Source of the DNA: an uncultured delta proteobacterium
GTDB lineage: Bacteria; Desulfobacterota; Desulfomonilia; Desulfomonilales; Desulfomonilaceae
Direction: 5' to 3'
Assembly: GCA_963789265.1 (NCBI GenBank)
Contig: CAWBKB010000003.1
Span: forward strand, 128,001-192,000
Length of the DNA stretch: 64,000 nt
In this document: piece by piece, positions 21,505 through 33,027 of the stretch
Layout of the letters: every line of letters starts with the position of its first letter
How positions within the stretch are numbered: position 1 is the first letter of the stretch
Made by a program: the position numbers and the translations under genes
The notes under the pieces: generated by a model
What the model was told of the DNA's origin: nothing
The model's database searches: none
Seen by the model: the letters and a program-made list of their open reading frames with translations, nothing else

Positions 21505-23013
21505 CCGATCCCTTTTTCCGGCCTCATGTGGGGGAACAGAATCACCTCTCTGATCGATTGGGAATCTGTCAGGAGCATTACGAGCCTGTCTATTCCGATG
21601 CCCTCTCCTGCTGCCGGAGGCATTCCATACTCCAGAGCCCTGAGAAAATCCTCATCCAAGAAATGGGCCTCTTCATCTCCCGATGCCCTGGCCTGCACCT
21701 GCTCTTCAAACCGCCTACGTTGGTCCAAAGGATCGGTGAGTTCGGTGAATGCATTGGCCATTTCCCTTCCGCAGACGTAAAGCTCGAATCGATCGGTAAC
21801 AGTGGGGTCTTCGTCATTGCGCCGTGCCAAAGGAGAGACCTCCACAGGGTATTTATGGATAAATATGGGACCCCAGAGTTTTTCTTCCACGACCAGGTCG
21901 AAAAGCTCCGTCCAAAGCTTTCCGAGCGAGTCGTTCTTATCCACATCAAGACCCATTTCTATTGCTTTGATAAAAACCGCGTTGCGATCGTCGATCTGGT
22001 CCGAGTCCAAACCGGAATACCGCAGAAGGGCTTCTCTGACCGTCATCTTTGGCCAAGGCGGGGTCATATCTACAACACGTCCACCATACTGAAGCTTGAA
22101 GCTGCCCGTAACGTCCTTGGCAAGCTCAGACAGCATCTCCTCGGTCATGGACATCAGGTCTTTGTAAGTACTGAAAGGCCTGGTAGAACTCCAGCATGGT
22201 GAATTCCGGATTGTGTTGAGTTGAAATCCCTTCGTTCCTGAAATTCCTATTTATTTCGAAAACCCTATCAAAACCGCCGACAAGGAGTCTTTTGAGATAG
22301 AGTTCAGGGGCTATTCTCAGATACAGTCCACGATTTAGGGCGTGATGAAACGTCTCGAAAGGTTTGGCAGTTGCGCCGCCGGGAATGGTCTGCATCATCG
22401 GGGTTTCGACTTCCAGGAAGTTGCGGGCGCTGAGATACTTCCTGAGATACCCTATGATGTTGCATCTTTGCCTGACCAGTTCCCTGGCCGCCGGATTGAC
22501 TATCAGGTCGAGGTACCGCTGTCTGTATCGGGTTTCAACGTCAGATAACCCGTGCCATTTTTCCGGGAGGGGCCTCAAGGACTTAGTCAGTATGCTAATG
22601 GAGTCTGCCAGGAGGCTCAACTCTCCCGTGCGAGTTCTGAACGGCCGTCCGCGTATCCCGATGATGTCTCCGATGTCCAGCTTCTTCACCAGCTTGTAAG
22701 TTTCCACTCCCAGCGCATCGCGAGCCAGGTAAGCCTGAAAATCGCCCGATTCGTCCCTCAGTTGGAGGAACGAGGCCTTACCGAGAATGCGCAATGCCAT
22801 TATTCGTCCAGCCATATTAAGCGGATCAGCCAGAAGTTCCTGATCATCCACTTGCTCAAACCTTTGTTTGAACATGGCGGAATTGATATCGGGAACAAAG
22901 CCCGTGGTGAATGGAGACACACCCAACTCTTCCAATTCCTTTATTTTGCGGAGCCTTGCCTCCGTAAGGACGGAAGCATGCGGCAATTTGGTTTTTGAAG
23001 AAGGCTCGGACAA
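21501..23013 (-). CDS. lysS: Lysine--tRNA ligase, class II (frameshift near 22175)
   Basis: [26 protein letters not shown] and [11 protein letters not shown], then YPVEVSPLA and [16 protein letters not shown] in the second frame. Confidence 0.95.
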
Positions 23014-23534
23014 AATTTGGGGTCTCCTTGCAATTTTCCAAAATCAGACCGGGGTTTTATCCCTTTTCCCTATGAAAGTCAAGCCTGTCGCCCTCTCGGG
23101 AACACGTCCTCCATTAAGATACCGACAAGCCGTGTGCGGCGTCTGAAATCAACTCTCTTGGCGAAGAGTGCTACAACGAAACATGAAAATACACTGATTG
23201 CGACCGGAAATCCCGCGTTCCTCGCGGGACGGCCCTGCCGGCGTTTTCATAGAAGCGCTCTTCGAAACGAACCCGGGCTTGTCGCACCGGATTTGCCGCG
23301 TCCGATGGATCTTCCCCGATGCGAACGCCACGCCCGGCGCGAGGTTGACTGTGCTCGGGGGACCCTTCGACTTAATAGCAAGTCTTGCCGGCATGCGGGA
23401 TTACTTATTTGGGAGCACATTTTTCTGAAAATCCCGCGAAAGATGTCAAAAAAAAAGAGGCATTCTCAGCCTCTCCACTCTCCTCCGCCGAGTCTAAACC
23501 CTAGTGACCTCTATAAAGCGATTTGACCGCCAGC

Positions 23535-24749
23535 TCAGTGTCCGGCCATTACGCCCGCCATTGAGAATACGGGCAGGTACATCGCTATTACCATTCCGCC
23601 GCACACCCCGCCGAGGAACACGATCATAATCGGTTCCATCAATTGGGTGAGGGCGTCCACCGCGGCATCCACCTCTTCATCATAGAATTCCGAAATCTTG
23701 GCCAGCATGGCGTCAAGAGCCCCCGTGGCCTCTCCTACGGCGATCATTCGGACAACCATTCCAGGAAAGACACGTGTTTCCATAAGAGGTTCCGCGATTG
23801 TTCGCCCCTCGGCAATAGCGGTTCTGGTGTTCATGATGGCTGTCTCAATGACAACATTCCCCGCTGTCCTGGCAGTAATTTCCAGTGCATCCAAGATCGG
23901 TACGCCGCTTGAGATCATGGTACCAAGTGTAGAACAGAAGCGGGCCACAGCCACCTTCTTCAGTAGTAGGCCAATGACTGGGGCCCTGAGGGACACACTG
24001 TCCACCATGAACCTACCCTTTTCGGTTTGGTAGAACTTGCGGAACGCGAAAACGGCAATGCCCGCCAGCACGATCATGTGGATAATGTACCTTTGCAGAA
24101 AGTTGCTCATTGCTAATACCAGCAACGTTGGACCCGGTAACTTTTGACCTGCCCCTTCGAACATTTCTTTGAAGACCGGAATAACGAAGACGAGAAGGAT
24201 GACAACAACGCCTACGGCAATGGTAATGACCACAGCGGGGTATATCATCGCTCCCTTTACTTTCCGCTTTAATGCTTCCGATTTTTCAAGGAATACTGCG
24301 AGCCTTCTGAGAATAGTGTCGAGAATACCTCCTGTCTCGCCTGCATGCACGAGATTGACAAAGAGGTCGTCAAAAACCTTCGGGTGATTCTTCAAGGCGT
24401 CCGCGAAAGTGCTTCCACCTTCCACACTGGCCTTAACCGATGTGAGAACCTTCTTGAAGGTTTTATTCTCCTGCTGGCTGGCCAGAATTTCAAGACATTG
24501 GACCAGCGGGAGACCGGCATCAATCATTGTCGCGAATTGACGAGTGAAGATGACGACGTCCTTGGTAGTGACCTTTGGCTGGAAAAACTCGATATTTGCA
24601 AGGAGGTCCTTTGGCTTCTTTTTGACCTTTATGTCGGTGTAATTCATCTTGCGCAATTTTGTGATTACGACCGACTCATTTACCTCCTCCATCTCGTCAT
24701 TAACTATATTTCCTGCTGGGGACCTAGCTTTCCAAACGTATTCAGGCAT
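23535..24749 (-). CDS. pilC: Type IV pilus platform protein PilC
   Basis: FTRQFATMIDAGLPL, GETGGILD, AMIYPAVV and GEATGALD. Confidence 0.95.
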   Translation of the reverse strand: MPEYVWKARSPAGNIVNDEMEEVNESVVITKLRKMNYTDIKVKKKPKDLLANIEFFQPKVTTKDVVIFTRQFATMIDAGLPLVQCLEILASQQENKTFKKVLTSVKASVEGGSTFADALKNHPKVFDDLFVNLVHAGETGGILDTILRRLAVFLEKSEALKRKVKGAMIYPAVVITIAVGVVVILLVFVIPVFKEMFEGAGQKLPGPTLLVLAMSNFLQRYIIHMIVLAGIAVFAFRKFYQTEKGRFMVDSVSLRAPVIGLLLKKVAVARFCSTLGTMISSGVPILDALEITARTAGNVVIETAIMNTRTAIAEGRTIAEPLMETRVFPGMVVRMIAVGEATGALDAMLAKISEFYDEEVDAAVDALTQLMEPIMIVFLGGVCGGMVIAMYLPVFSMAGVMAGH

Positions 24750-24800
24750 TAGGGATTCTCCTCTGGATCCAAAGCGTGCTCAAGCTACCCCAAAATGTGC

Positions 24801-25898
24801 TCATCCGGGCCTTATTCCTTTCTTCACAGATTTACCCATGCCGCCCATCATCTGTTTCAACTCGTCGGGATCCAGCGATCGTGACATGGCGTCATCAAAT
24901 GAGATAACTCTCCTCTGATAGAGGCTCAAGAGAGACTGGTTCATCGTTTGCATCCCGGATTTTGCCTGACCTACTTGAATCTGTGAGTAGATCTGGTGAA
25001 CTTTGTCTTCTCTGATAAGGTTCCTTATGGCTGCATTAGGCACCATGATCTCGAGCGAAAGCGCTCGCCCCCTACCGTCCATGGTCGGAATAAGGCCCTG
25101 GCACAAAACACCTTCCAAGACGAAGCTTAGCTGAGCACGAACCTGCGGTTGCTGGTGCGCGGGAAATACATCGATGACCCGGTTGATCGTCTGAACACAC
25201 GAGTTCGTGTGAAGCGTTCCAAAGGTAAGATGACCTGTCTCAGACACAGTCAGCGCCGCTTCTATCGTTTCCAAGTCTCTCATTTCGCCTATCAGAACAA
25301 CGTCCGGGTCCTGCCGCAGGATAGTACGAAGCGCCGAATGAAACCCTTTCGTATCCTGATGCACCTCTCGCTGATTCACTATGCAGGACTTGTGCTGATG
25401 CGTGAACTCGATTGGATCTTCGATAGTTATAATGTGTTCGCGGCGGTCGGTATTGATTTTGTCGATCATCGAGGCCAGCGTGGTTGATTTCCCAGACCCG
25501 GTCGGCCCGGTCACTAATATGAGGCCACGAGGCCTGGAACACAGCTCACTTACTATCGGCGGAAGCCCCAACTCCTGAAAGGACCGGATCTGGTAGGGTA
25601 TCAGCCGGAACGCTCCAGCCAGGGCCCCCCGTTGCATGAAAATATTGGCTCTGAACCTACTCAACCCACGGACCCCAAATGAGAGGTCCAGTTCCTGGTC
25701 CTCCTCAAAACGATGCTTCTGGGAATCAGTCAGGACGCTGTAACACAGTTGCCTCGTGTCCTGGGGCTTTAGAGGCGGGTACTCCAGAGGGATAAGCTCG
25801 CCCCGGATCCGAATCATTGGAGGGACTCCGGGAGTAATATGTAGGTCCGAAGCGCCGCGTTCCACCATCTCTTTGAGAAAATCGTGAAGGCTTGCCAA
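24801..25898 (-). CDS. pilT: Type IV pilus retraction ATPase (probable TTG start at 25898)
   Basis: ASDLHI, GPTGSGKSTT, TIEDPIE, LRQDPD, TGHLTFGTLHT, AIRNLIRE and GMQTMNQ. Confidence 0.95.
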   Translation of the reverse strand: MASLHDFLKEMVERGASDLHITPGVPPMIRIRGELIPLEYPPLKPQDTRQLCYSVLTDSQKHRFEEDQELDLSFGVRGLSRFRANIFMQRGALAGAFRLIPYQIRSFQELGLPPIVSELCSRPRGLILVTGPTGSGKSTTLASMIDKINTDRREHIITIEDPIEFTHQHKSCIVNQREVHQDTKGFHSALRTILRQDPDVVLIGEMRDLETIEAALTVSETGHLTFGTLHTNSCVQTINRVIDVFPAHQQPQVRAQLSFVLEGVLCQGLIPTMDGRGRALSLEIMVPNAAIRNLIREDKVHQIYSQIQVGQAKSGMQTMNQSLLSLYQRRVISFDDAMSRSLDPDELKQMMGGMGKSVKKGIRPG

Positions 25899-26009
25899 AA
25901 CTTGATTCCTTTCCGCAAAAAATCCGGCATGAACGGAAATATCCGATGATGTCGATCCGGAAATCCAGGAATATGACCTGGCTGATGTATAAGGAGGCGA
26001 CACTCAGTT

Positions 26010-27707
26010 TTAGTCGGCCATGGTCGACCGCGCCACCTCATTGATAGTGGTAATTCCTTCTTTCAACTTGTTGACGCCGGCCGTGCGCAGGGTGTCCATT
26101 CCCAAGCGAATAGCCTCTCTCTTTATTTCCATTGCAGATGCGCCTGCAAGGACAAGCTCTTTAATCTCGTCGGTAATAGGCATCACCTCGTAGAGGGCAA
26201 TACGCCCCTTGAATCCGGTATTGCTGCATGACATGCATCCTGTGCCCTGATATACAGGAAAAGTTCCTATCTCCTCCATCTTGACGCCGAGATCGCGTAG
26301 GGCCTCTGCCGACGGATCGATTTCCACTTTGCAGTTGGTACATATTCTTCGTGCCAGCCTCTGGGCAATGATTGCATTCACCGAACTTGCCACCAGAAAT
26401 GGTTCTATGCCCATGTTCAAGAGTCTGTTTATGGTCTGCGGGGCATCATTAGTGTGAAGAGTGGAGAGGACGAGGTGGCCGGTGAGGGCTGCTTTGACCG
26501 CTATCTCGGCAGTCTCGAAATCGCGTATTTCCCCAACCATTATTATGTCCGGGTCCTGCCGGAGAAACGATCTGAGAGCCGATGCGAAGGTCAGTCCAAT
26601 CTCTTCATGCATCTGGACCTGGTTAATACCGTGGAGGTTAAACTCTATGGGGTCTTCCGCAGTCGATAAATTCACCTCGGGAGAGTTTAGCTCTGAAAGA
26701 GCGCTATAAAGCGTGGTAGTTTTTCCTGAACCGGTTGGCCCGGTGACAAGCACCATCCCGAAGGGCTTATGGATGGCATCCTTGAACCCCTTCAAAGGCT
26801 TTTCTTCAAAACCGAGTTTCGTCATGTCGAGCTGCAATGTTGACTTGTCCAGCAGACGCATGACCACTTTTTCACCATACAGAGTCGGCAAGATCGAGAC
26901 ACGGAAGTCCATGTCCCGACCCTTCCCGAGTTTAAGTTTTATGCGACCATCCTGAGGGAGGCGCCGCTCCGCAATATCCAGCCTTGACATAATCTTGATA
27001 CGGCTGACTACAGGAGCTTTAAGTTTTAGAGGCGGCTTCATGATCTCATACAGCGCCCCATCAACGCGAAGCCGTATTCGCAGAATCTTTTCATAGGGTT
27101 CTATGTGGATGTCGCTGGCCTTCCTGGAAATGGCCTCGCGCAAGATATGATTTACCAGCTTAACTACGGGTGCCTCTTCAGCTAGCTTCGCGGCGTCAGT
27201 TACATCGAGATCGGAAACCTCCGAAGCAAGAGACTCCAGATCATCATCCTGGAATTCTTCGAGAATATCGTTAACGCTGGCACCCGTGTCATAATAGATG
27301 TCCAGTGCTTTTCTGATTTGCGATTCCGCGGCTATACTCACTTCCACGGAGAGGCCTGTCAGGAACTTGATATCGTCTATGGCGCTGTAGTCAGTTGGAT
27401 CAGCCATGGCCACATAGATGGAGGAGTTCACCTGGCTGTACGGTATGGCCATGTACTTCTGGGCCTTTTGTGCCGTAATCAACTTAACTGCATCGGGGTC
27501 TACGTCAATTTCATCCAAAGAAACGGTGGACAATCCAAGCTGTCTTGAGAGGTGTTCTACCAAGTCGTCTTCATTGAGGTACTTCAACTGGAGAAGGGCG
27601 CTGTAGACCTTCCCTCCCTGATTACGCTGATGATCAATCGCGCTCTCAAGCTTCTCTTCATCTATGATCCCGGCTCTCAGGAGCATTTCGCCTATTCGAT
27701 CTTTCAT
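26010..27707 (-). CDS. pilB: Type IV pilus assembly ATPase
   Basis: MshEN-like N-terminus RIGEMLLRAGII, ERRLPQDGR, GPTGSGKTTT, tetracysteine motif and GRIALYE. Confidence 0.95.
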   Translation of the reverse strand: MKDRIGEMLLRAGIIDEEKLESAIDHQRNQGGKVYSALLQLKYLNEDDLVEHLSRQLGLSTVSLDEIDVDPDAVKLITAQKAQKYMAIPYSQVNSSIYVAMADPTDYSAIDDIKFLTGLSVEVSIAAESQIRKALDIYYDTGASVNDILEEFQDDDLESLASEVSDLDVTDAAKLAEEAPVVKLVNHILREAISRKASDIHIEPYEKILRIRLRVDGALYEIMKPPLKLKAPVVSRIKIMSRLDIAERRLPQDGRIKLKLGKGRDMDFRVSILPTLYGEKVVMRLLDKSTLQLDMTKLGFEEKPLKGFKDAIHKPFGMVLVTGPTGSGKTTTLYSALSELNSPEVNLSTAEDPIEFNLHGINQVQMHEEIGLTFASALRSFLRQDPDIIMVGEIRDFETAEIAVKAALTGHLVLSTLHTNDAPQTINRLLNMGIEPFLVASSVNAIIAQRLARRICTNCKVEIDPSAEALRDLGVKMEEIGTFPVYQGTGCMSCSNTGFKGRIALYEVMPITDEIKELVLAGASAMEIKREAIRLGMDTLRTAGVNKLKEGITTINEVARSTMAD

Positions 27708-27883
27708 GGTCAGCTTGATGTATCCCTTGGATTATTCTTGAATTCGCGAGCAGTGAGCATTTGAGTCCACTGTTTATATTACCGCGTGCCCCGACTTTTT
27801 TCAAAAGTTTTTTCTTGTGATTTCAAGTAGGCTGCGGGATAATTTTTGAAATTCTCATCTAAAAACCTTGAGGTACATAACCC

Positions 27884-29002
27884 TTGTCCTCCACCGTTTT
27901 CATGACTGATTTGTCTGCCGGCTGGAAGAAGAGCCTCACCGATAAGGTAGCTGATCTCTTCGACCAGACCAAGCCGGCCGAGATCTTTTGCCGCAAGGAC
28001 CTCGTGGCCGTGAAGCTCCACTTTGGAGAGGCAGGCAACACCGCCCACATTCGACCTCAATATGTCCGCAAGGTGGTCGATCGACTCAAGGAGCTTCACG
28101 CAAAACCGTTTGTGACCGACACGAACACCCTATACCTGGGATCGAGAACAGAGGCATGGTCACATCTTGTGACGGCTTTTGACCACGGCTTCACAAGAGA
28201 AGTAACTGGAGCGCCTGCGATTATCGCAGACGGGTTGCGCGGTAACAACTCTGTAAGGGTACCCGTTAAAGGACGTCACGTCAAGGACGCCCACATAGCC
28301 GCAGACATTCATTATGCCGATGGAGTAGTTGTTTTGACCCACTTCAAGGGACATGAACTCTCAGGATTTGGCGGAGCCTTGAAGAATCTGGGAATGGGGT
28401 GCGCTTCACGCGAGGGGAAGTTGGAGCAGCACTCAAACATTTCTCCCAAAGTAAATAAGAAAAAGTGCATCGGCTGCGGCGAATGCGTAGTCTGGTGTAA
28501 AGGCCGTGCCATAACGGTCGAAGGTGAGGGTAAGGCGCGGAAAGCCCAAATCAATCCCGAGAACTGTGTGGGTTGTGCCGAGTGTATACTCACGTGCAAT
28601 CAACAAGCAATTCAAGTGCAGTGGAATGAGTCTATTCCCGTCTTCATGGAGAAGATGGTGGAGTATTCTTCTGCCGTGCTCAGTCAAAAGCAGAATAAGG
28701 CCGTGTTCATGACATTTGTCACCGATGTTTCACCGCTTTGCGACTGCACTCCGTTTTCCGATCGGCCGATAGTCCCGGGCCTCGGTATATTGTCTTCCTC
28801 CGACCCGGTGGCCATTGACCAGGCTGCCGCCGATCTGGTCAATGGGGCGCCCGGCAATCCCGTTTCCTCTCTCAACAAGGCCCTGGCACCGGGGGACGAC
28901 AAATTCCGTGCGCTCTTTCCCCGGATTGACTGGGAACATCAGCTTCATTACGCCGAAAAGATCGGTTTGGGAACGCGCGATTACACACTGGTCAATCTGT
29001 AA
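27884..29002 (+). CDS. DUF362-domain protein with a 2x[4Fe-4S] ferredoxin insert
   Basis: KLHFGEAGN, THFKGH, GGALKNLGMG, two CxxCxxCxxxC motifs, CDC and DPVAIDQA. Confidence 0.88.
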   Translation: MSSTVFMTDLSAGWKKSLTDKVADLFDQTKPAEIFCRKDLVAVKLHFGEAGNTAHIRPQYVRKVVDRLKELHAKPFVTDTNTLYLGSRTEAWSHLVTAFDHGFTREVTGAPAIIADGLRGNNSVRVPVKGRHVKDAHIAADIHYADGVVVLTHFKGHELSGFGGALKNLGMGCASREGKLEQHSNISPKVNKKKCIGCGECVVWCKGRAITVEGEGKARKAQINPENCVGCAECILTCNQQAIQVQWNESIPVFMEKMVEYSSAVLSQKQNKAVFMTFVTDVSPLCDCTPFSDRPIVPGLGILSSSDPVAIDQAAADLVNGAPGNPVSSLNKALAPGDDKFRALFPRIDWEHQLHYAEKIGLGTRDYTLVNL

Positions 29003-29104
29003 TGTGCAACGCGAGCCCGAAGGGCTCTCTCGCAACGAAGGGAGTCCGTTTAGGGTATTGTTCAGATTCTTTGGCCAGTTGCGCGTAAAATTTGAAGCAC
29101 TGCC

Positions 29105-29133
29105 TTGACAGAGGTTGCACGGTATTATAAAAT
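29105..29133 (+). promoter_or_regulatory. Sigma70-type promoter
   Basis: TTGACA-N17-TAAAAT upstream of the CDS at 29219. Confidence 0.6.
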
Positions 29134-29218
29134 ATTGCAGGATCAGGTTGAAATGCCTATTCCTGTTCTTCTTCCACATACCTCAGCTCTCCGTGTCGAG
29201 CTGCAAGGAGAATGAAAC

Positions 29219-30124
29219 ATGTTACGAACAGGACTGCTGACAATAGTAATGATTGTAACCCTGAGTGGCCTCTGTTTCGGACAGGGACTTCTGGACTCTA
29301 TTATGGGACCCGGCGGGTTGGGCCTGTGGAGTGGCGACACAACGTCGCAATACCAGAACCCTCAAGCGTGGAATGGAAACGCCCAGGGACAGATGCAACA
29401 ACCCCAACAGCAAGCTGCCCCCGGGCAGCAGCAGATGAGCTATCCGCAGCAAGGATATGGGTACCCGCAAGCTCAAGGCTATGGCTATCAGCAGCAGGGA
29501 GTTTACCCCGACTGGCAAAACTATCCGGCTGCTCCCACCGGCAACGGTGCGCAACAGTATTATCCTCCCCAGCAGCCTACTGCTCCCCAGCAACCTACTG
29601 CTCCTCAGCAGTATGGCGCTCAGCAACAGTACCAGACTCAACCTCGATTCCCGCCTCAACAGCAATATTCCCGTGGACAGCGGTATAACGCTCCGCAGGC
29701 TCGGAATGTTCCTGCAAGGCCTACACAGGCAGCCACCGCTCGACCTTCTTTCAGGCCGGGAGAGTATGCACCAGGGGGTCAGCCGTCACTCACAGGCGAT
29801 GATCTTCCTGCCGGCGCCGTAAGGATGACTACTACTACTCCTGAGGGAACAAGGGTAGATTACTATCCGCCCCCCGGCGAACCCAATCCCGCTCAGGGTG
29901 CAGTCCGACGCCCGGTTCGGCACCTCAAACCCAAACCTGCCAGAGCGAGGGCCCAAAGCGCCCAGCGCTCCCAGCCCCGCGAGCGGACCTCTGGTGTAGC
30001 CATGTCTCAGCCAGGGTCCTCCATAGCTATGCCGAAACCCGTAACGATCCCGCAGGGTCAGGATCCCCGTTACGGCTGGAGTGCAGCAGTTAACCGAGGG
30101 CCGGTTGCCACGCCCACGAGGTGA
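29219..30124 (+). CDS. Secreted low-complexity Gln/Pro/Tyr/Gly-rich hypothetical protein
   Basis: Signal peptide, QQGYGYPQAQGYGYQQQG, QQPTAPQQPTAP (18-bp tandem at 29570-29605) and RBS AGGAG. Confidence 0.75.
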   Translation: MLRTGLLTIVMIVTLSGLCFGQGLLDSIMGPGGLGLWSGDTTSQYQNPQAWNGNAQGQMQQPQQQAAPGQQQMSYPQQGYGYPQAQGYGYQQQGVYPDWQNYPAAPTGNGAQQYYPPQQPTAPQQPTAPQQYGAQQQYQTQPRFPPQQQYSRGQRYNAPQARNVPARPTQAATARPSFRPGEYAPGGQPSLTGDDLPAGAVRMTTTTPEGTRVDYYPPPGEPNPAQGAVRRPVRHLKPKPARARAQSAQRSQPRERTSGVAMSQPGSSIAMPKPVTIPQGQDPRYGWSAAVNRGPVATPTR

Positions 30125-30407
30125 TCCGGCACAATAGAACTGGTCCGGATAAACCGCGCCTTGCCCACAAGTTTGCTTGATAAGGGATAATTGTGCCCTT
30201 AACAAGATCGGGCCGAACTGAAATTCGCTAAAGACATCCCGTTGATCGCCCGTCAAACGAGGAGCATGCCGATTGCGCGTTTCGGCAACACCTCTCGCCC
30301 GGTCCAACCCTCATTGGGCCTGAGCCCTTGACGACATGAGTACCCTGCGATACTTTCAGAGTAGTTCCCATCGGAATGAGTCTCACATTTCACAAGTAGA
30401 GGCCGTG

Positions 30408-31833
30408 ATGTTTGATTCCCCCTCCAAGAAAGAAGCTTGCGGGATCTTCGGAATATATGGAGCCGATGATCCGGCCCGCCTCATTTACCTGGGCTTGTAC
30501 GCTCTTCAGCATCGAGGACAGGAGTCCGCAGGAATTGTGGTCAGTGATGGGACCACCATCAAGTCACATAAAGGAATGGGTTCGGTTCCGGATGTATTCA
30601 AGGAAGGGATGCTCCAGGACCTTCAAGGAAAAATGGGGATCGGGCATGTCCGGTATTCCACAACAGGCAGCTCGATGCTGCGCAATGCACAGCCGTTCCT
30701 CGTCGAGCAGATCGACCGCATCTTCGCTCTGGGTCACAACGGCAACATTGTCAATGTGGCCAAACTCCGCCGAAAGCTAGAGGCTCAGGGAGCTATTTTT
30801 CAAACTTCTACGGACTCGGAACTGATCGCTCACCTCGTGCTACACAAGAAAAGGGGCGCTCGAGGAGCGCCTGGTTAAAGTTTTTGATGAGCTGAAAGGG
30901 GCCTGGTCAGTAGTGTTTCTCACTCCCGAAGGAGTGCTGGCCGCTCGAGACCCTTATGGATTTCGTCCATTGTGCATCGGACGCAAAGGCGATGCAATAA
31001 TCTTCACGTCCGAAACTTGCGCTCTGGATATTATCGACGCCGAATACGTTCGGGACGTCCAGCCCGGGGAGATTGTCATAGCGGATCAGAATGGCCTGCG
31101 GTCCGTTCAAGGCCCTAAGAAATCTCACTCGGCCATGTGTGTATTCGAATATATATATTTTGCACGCCCTGATTCGATGATTTTTGAGCATGGAGTGTAT
31201 AAAGTCCGCAAACAACTCGGTTTGCAGGCTGCTCTGGAAAGTCCGGTCGATGGAGCGGATCTGGTGGTTCCCATGCCTGCTTCAGGGAATTATGCCGCGC
31301 TCGGGTATTCTCAGGGTAGCGGGCTCCCCTACGAATACGGCGTAATACGTAATCATTACGTGGGGCGCACCTTCATACAACCATCTCCCTCCGTCAGAAA
31401 TCTTGGGGTAAGGCTCAAGCTCAATCCTGTGCGCGAGATACTGCAAGATAAAAAGGTCGTGGTGGTGGACGACTCCATCGTCAGAGGAACGACCAGCAAA
31501 TTGAGAACCAGGGCTCTTAGGGAGGCAGGAGCTCGTGAAATACACATGAGGATTAGCTGCCCGCCCATCCGCTTCCCATGCTTTTACGGAATAGATTTTT
31601 CAAGTAAGGGTGAATTGATAGCTTGTTCTAACACAGTCGAACAGATATGCGACTTCATTGGCGCAGATTCGCTGGCTTATCTGAGCCTGGAAGGAATGTT
31701 CCGGGCGATGCCCTTCCCCGAAAAACATTTCTGCAGTGCTTGTTTCACCGGAAAGTATCCCATCAGAGTTGATGACGACTCGACCAAGAACTGCCTTGAG
31801 TGCCGGCCGATCGAAACCATCCGGTGGCCGTAA
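30408..31833 (+). CDS. purF: Amidophosphoribosyltransferase (frameshift near 30855)
   Basis: EACGIFG, LQHRGQESAG, GHVRYST, CVFEYIYFARPDS, VVVDDSIVRGTT and CFYGID. Confidence 0.95.
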
Positions 31834-31922
31834 ACTGCCCTGATCGCAAATTGACAGCGGGTCCGTCAGGGAGGTATGCTCAAAACACCGTGAGAATATT
31901 CCGGGGAAGCGGAATTTTAAGC

Positions 31923-32253
31923 ATGTCAAGGTTGGCCCTGTTTCTGAGCGTGGTGGTTTCTATTTCTATCGAGTGCCGGGGCGCCCGCGCAATTCTGGTC
32001 GTCTAATAACCCGGAAAAGACCCGCCCATGCCCCAAGAGTCCCCTGGAAGCGAGCAAACTGGCAGCCGAGGACGTTGCAAAGTTCAAGAAGATGTATTAC
32101 TCGGGCACATGGACCGGCTTCATGTACCAATTCAGCTTGAAGTATCCCGACTGTCCTCCTTACATCAAGCGTGTTTATCTCGATACGGCCAGACCTCTGA
32201 TGAACGCGGGCCCGCCTCAAGTCGGGTCTTTTCAGAACCTATTGAGAAAATGA
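31923..32253 (+). CDS. Small secreted hypothetical protein reconstructed across a frameshift near 31965
   Basis: MSRLALFLSVVVSI/LSSAGAPAQFWSSNNPEKTRPCPKSPLEASKLAAEDVAKFKKMYYSGTWTGFMYQFSLKYPDCPPYIKRVYLDTARPLMNAGPPQVGSFQNLLRK*. Confidence 0.5.
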
Positions 32254-32377
32254 TAAAGGGCCGCTCTGTCGTGCGGCCCAAAGCGGACATGTCCCATCAC
32301 CAGGAGACCTCCCGGCCCCGAGATCTCGTTCTCGCAACCGGTTATCCACTGCGAGAATGAGATTTGCGTGAGCATGG

Positions 32378-32884
32378 TCATTGGACCTTTCGGGTTCGGA
32401 AGCCTGGAGCACCAGCGGTAACGGCTGAAGGTGCCGGACTCACGGCCGCCGGTTTTGCTGCCGCGAACAGCGGGCTGGGTAGCCGCAACAGGCTTGTGCG
32501 TAGCCGCAGCGCTCTTCTTAGCCGTTTCGTTCGCTATTTGTTGCTTTACCGTAACTAGTTCGTCTTGTACTTCTTCACCTGCCGCTGGCAAGTAGACATT
32601 GCATTCTGCTTGAGGTCCTGGATCTGGGACTCCATTTGCTGAATTTGAGCCCCGAGCTGCACGCGCTGCTTGAGCAGACTTTCGACTGAATCCGAAAGGG
32701 GTTTCAGTTGATGGTTTAGCTTTGCACCGCACTGATGCTGGGCTTGATCGATCTGATTTTGGAGCTGCCCAGCCTTCTGTTTCAAGGCCGAAATCTGCGC
32801 CGAGCTATCGTTAGCATAGGCGCTGAGGCCCAGCCCGAGCATAGCAAGAGAAAGAATCGTCAGCAGCACTAGGCTTTTCTTCAT
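32378..32884 (-). CDS. Secreted coiled-coil hypothetical protein with an Ala/Pro-rich tail (apparent frameshifts; 3' end uncertain)
   Basis: RBS AGGAG, signal peptide ending AYA and a Gln-rich coiled coil with two Cys; reading continues as DELVTVKQQIANETAKKSAAATHKPVAA in another frame. Confidence 0.6.
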
Positions 32885-33006
32885 GTGTGGACTCCTGTTT
32901 CTTTGATTTGAGACGCGCAGGTCTAGCCTGCAAGAGCTATTTATATCATATATTTCAGAGAATTCAAGACAAACTTATTCAATTATCTCAATCTGTTTTA
33001 TTATTA

Positions 33007-33027
33007 ATATAATGTAACACATTATAT
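33007..33027. promoter_or_regulatory. Putative operator palindrome in an AT-rich intergenic region
   Basis: ATATAATGT-AAC-ACATTATAT perfect 9-bp inverted repeat. Confidence 0.4.

Noticed and set aside
22126..22200. Programmed ribosomal frameshift or split gene in lysS (likewise purF, lolD and ena)
   Set aside because: No shared slippery site or stimulator was seen; the same single-base indel pattern occurs throughout the window, consistent with sequencing error.
23017..23526. Coding ORFs in the pilC-lysS gap
   Set aside because: Translations look non-natural and the region contains degenerate repeat units; treated as intergenic.
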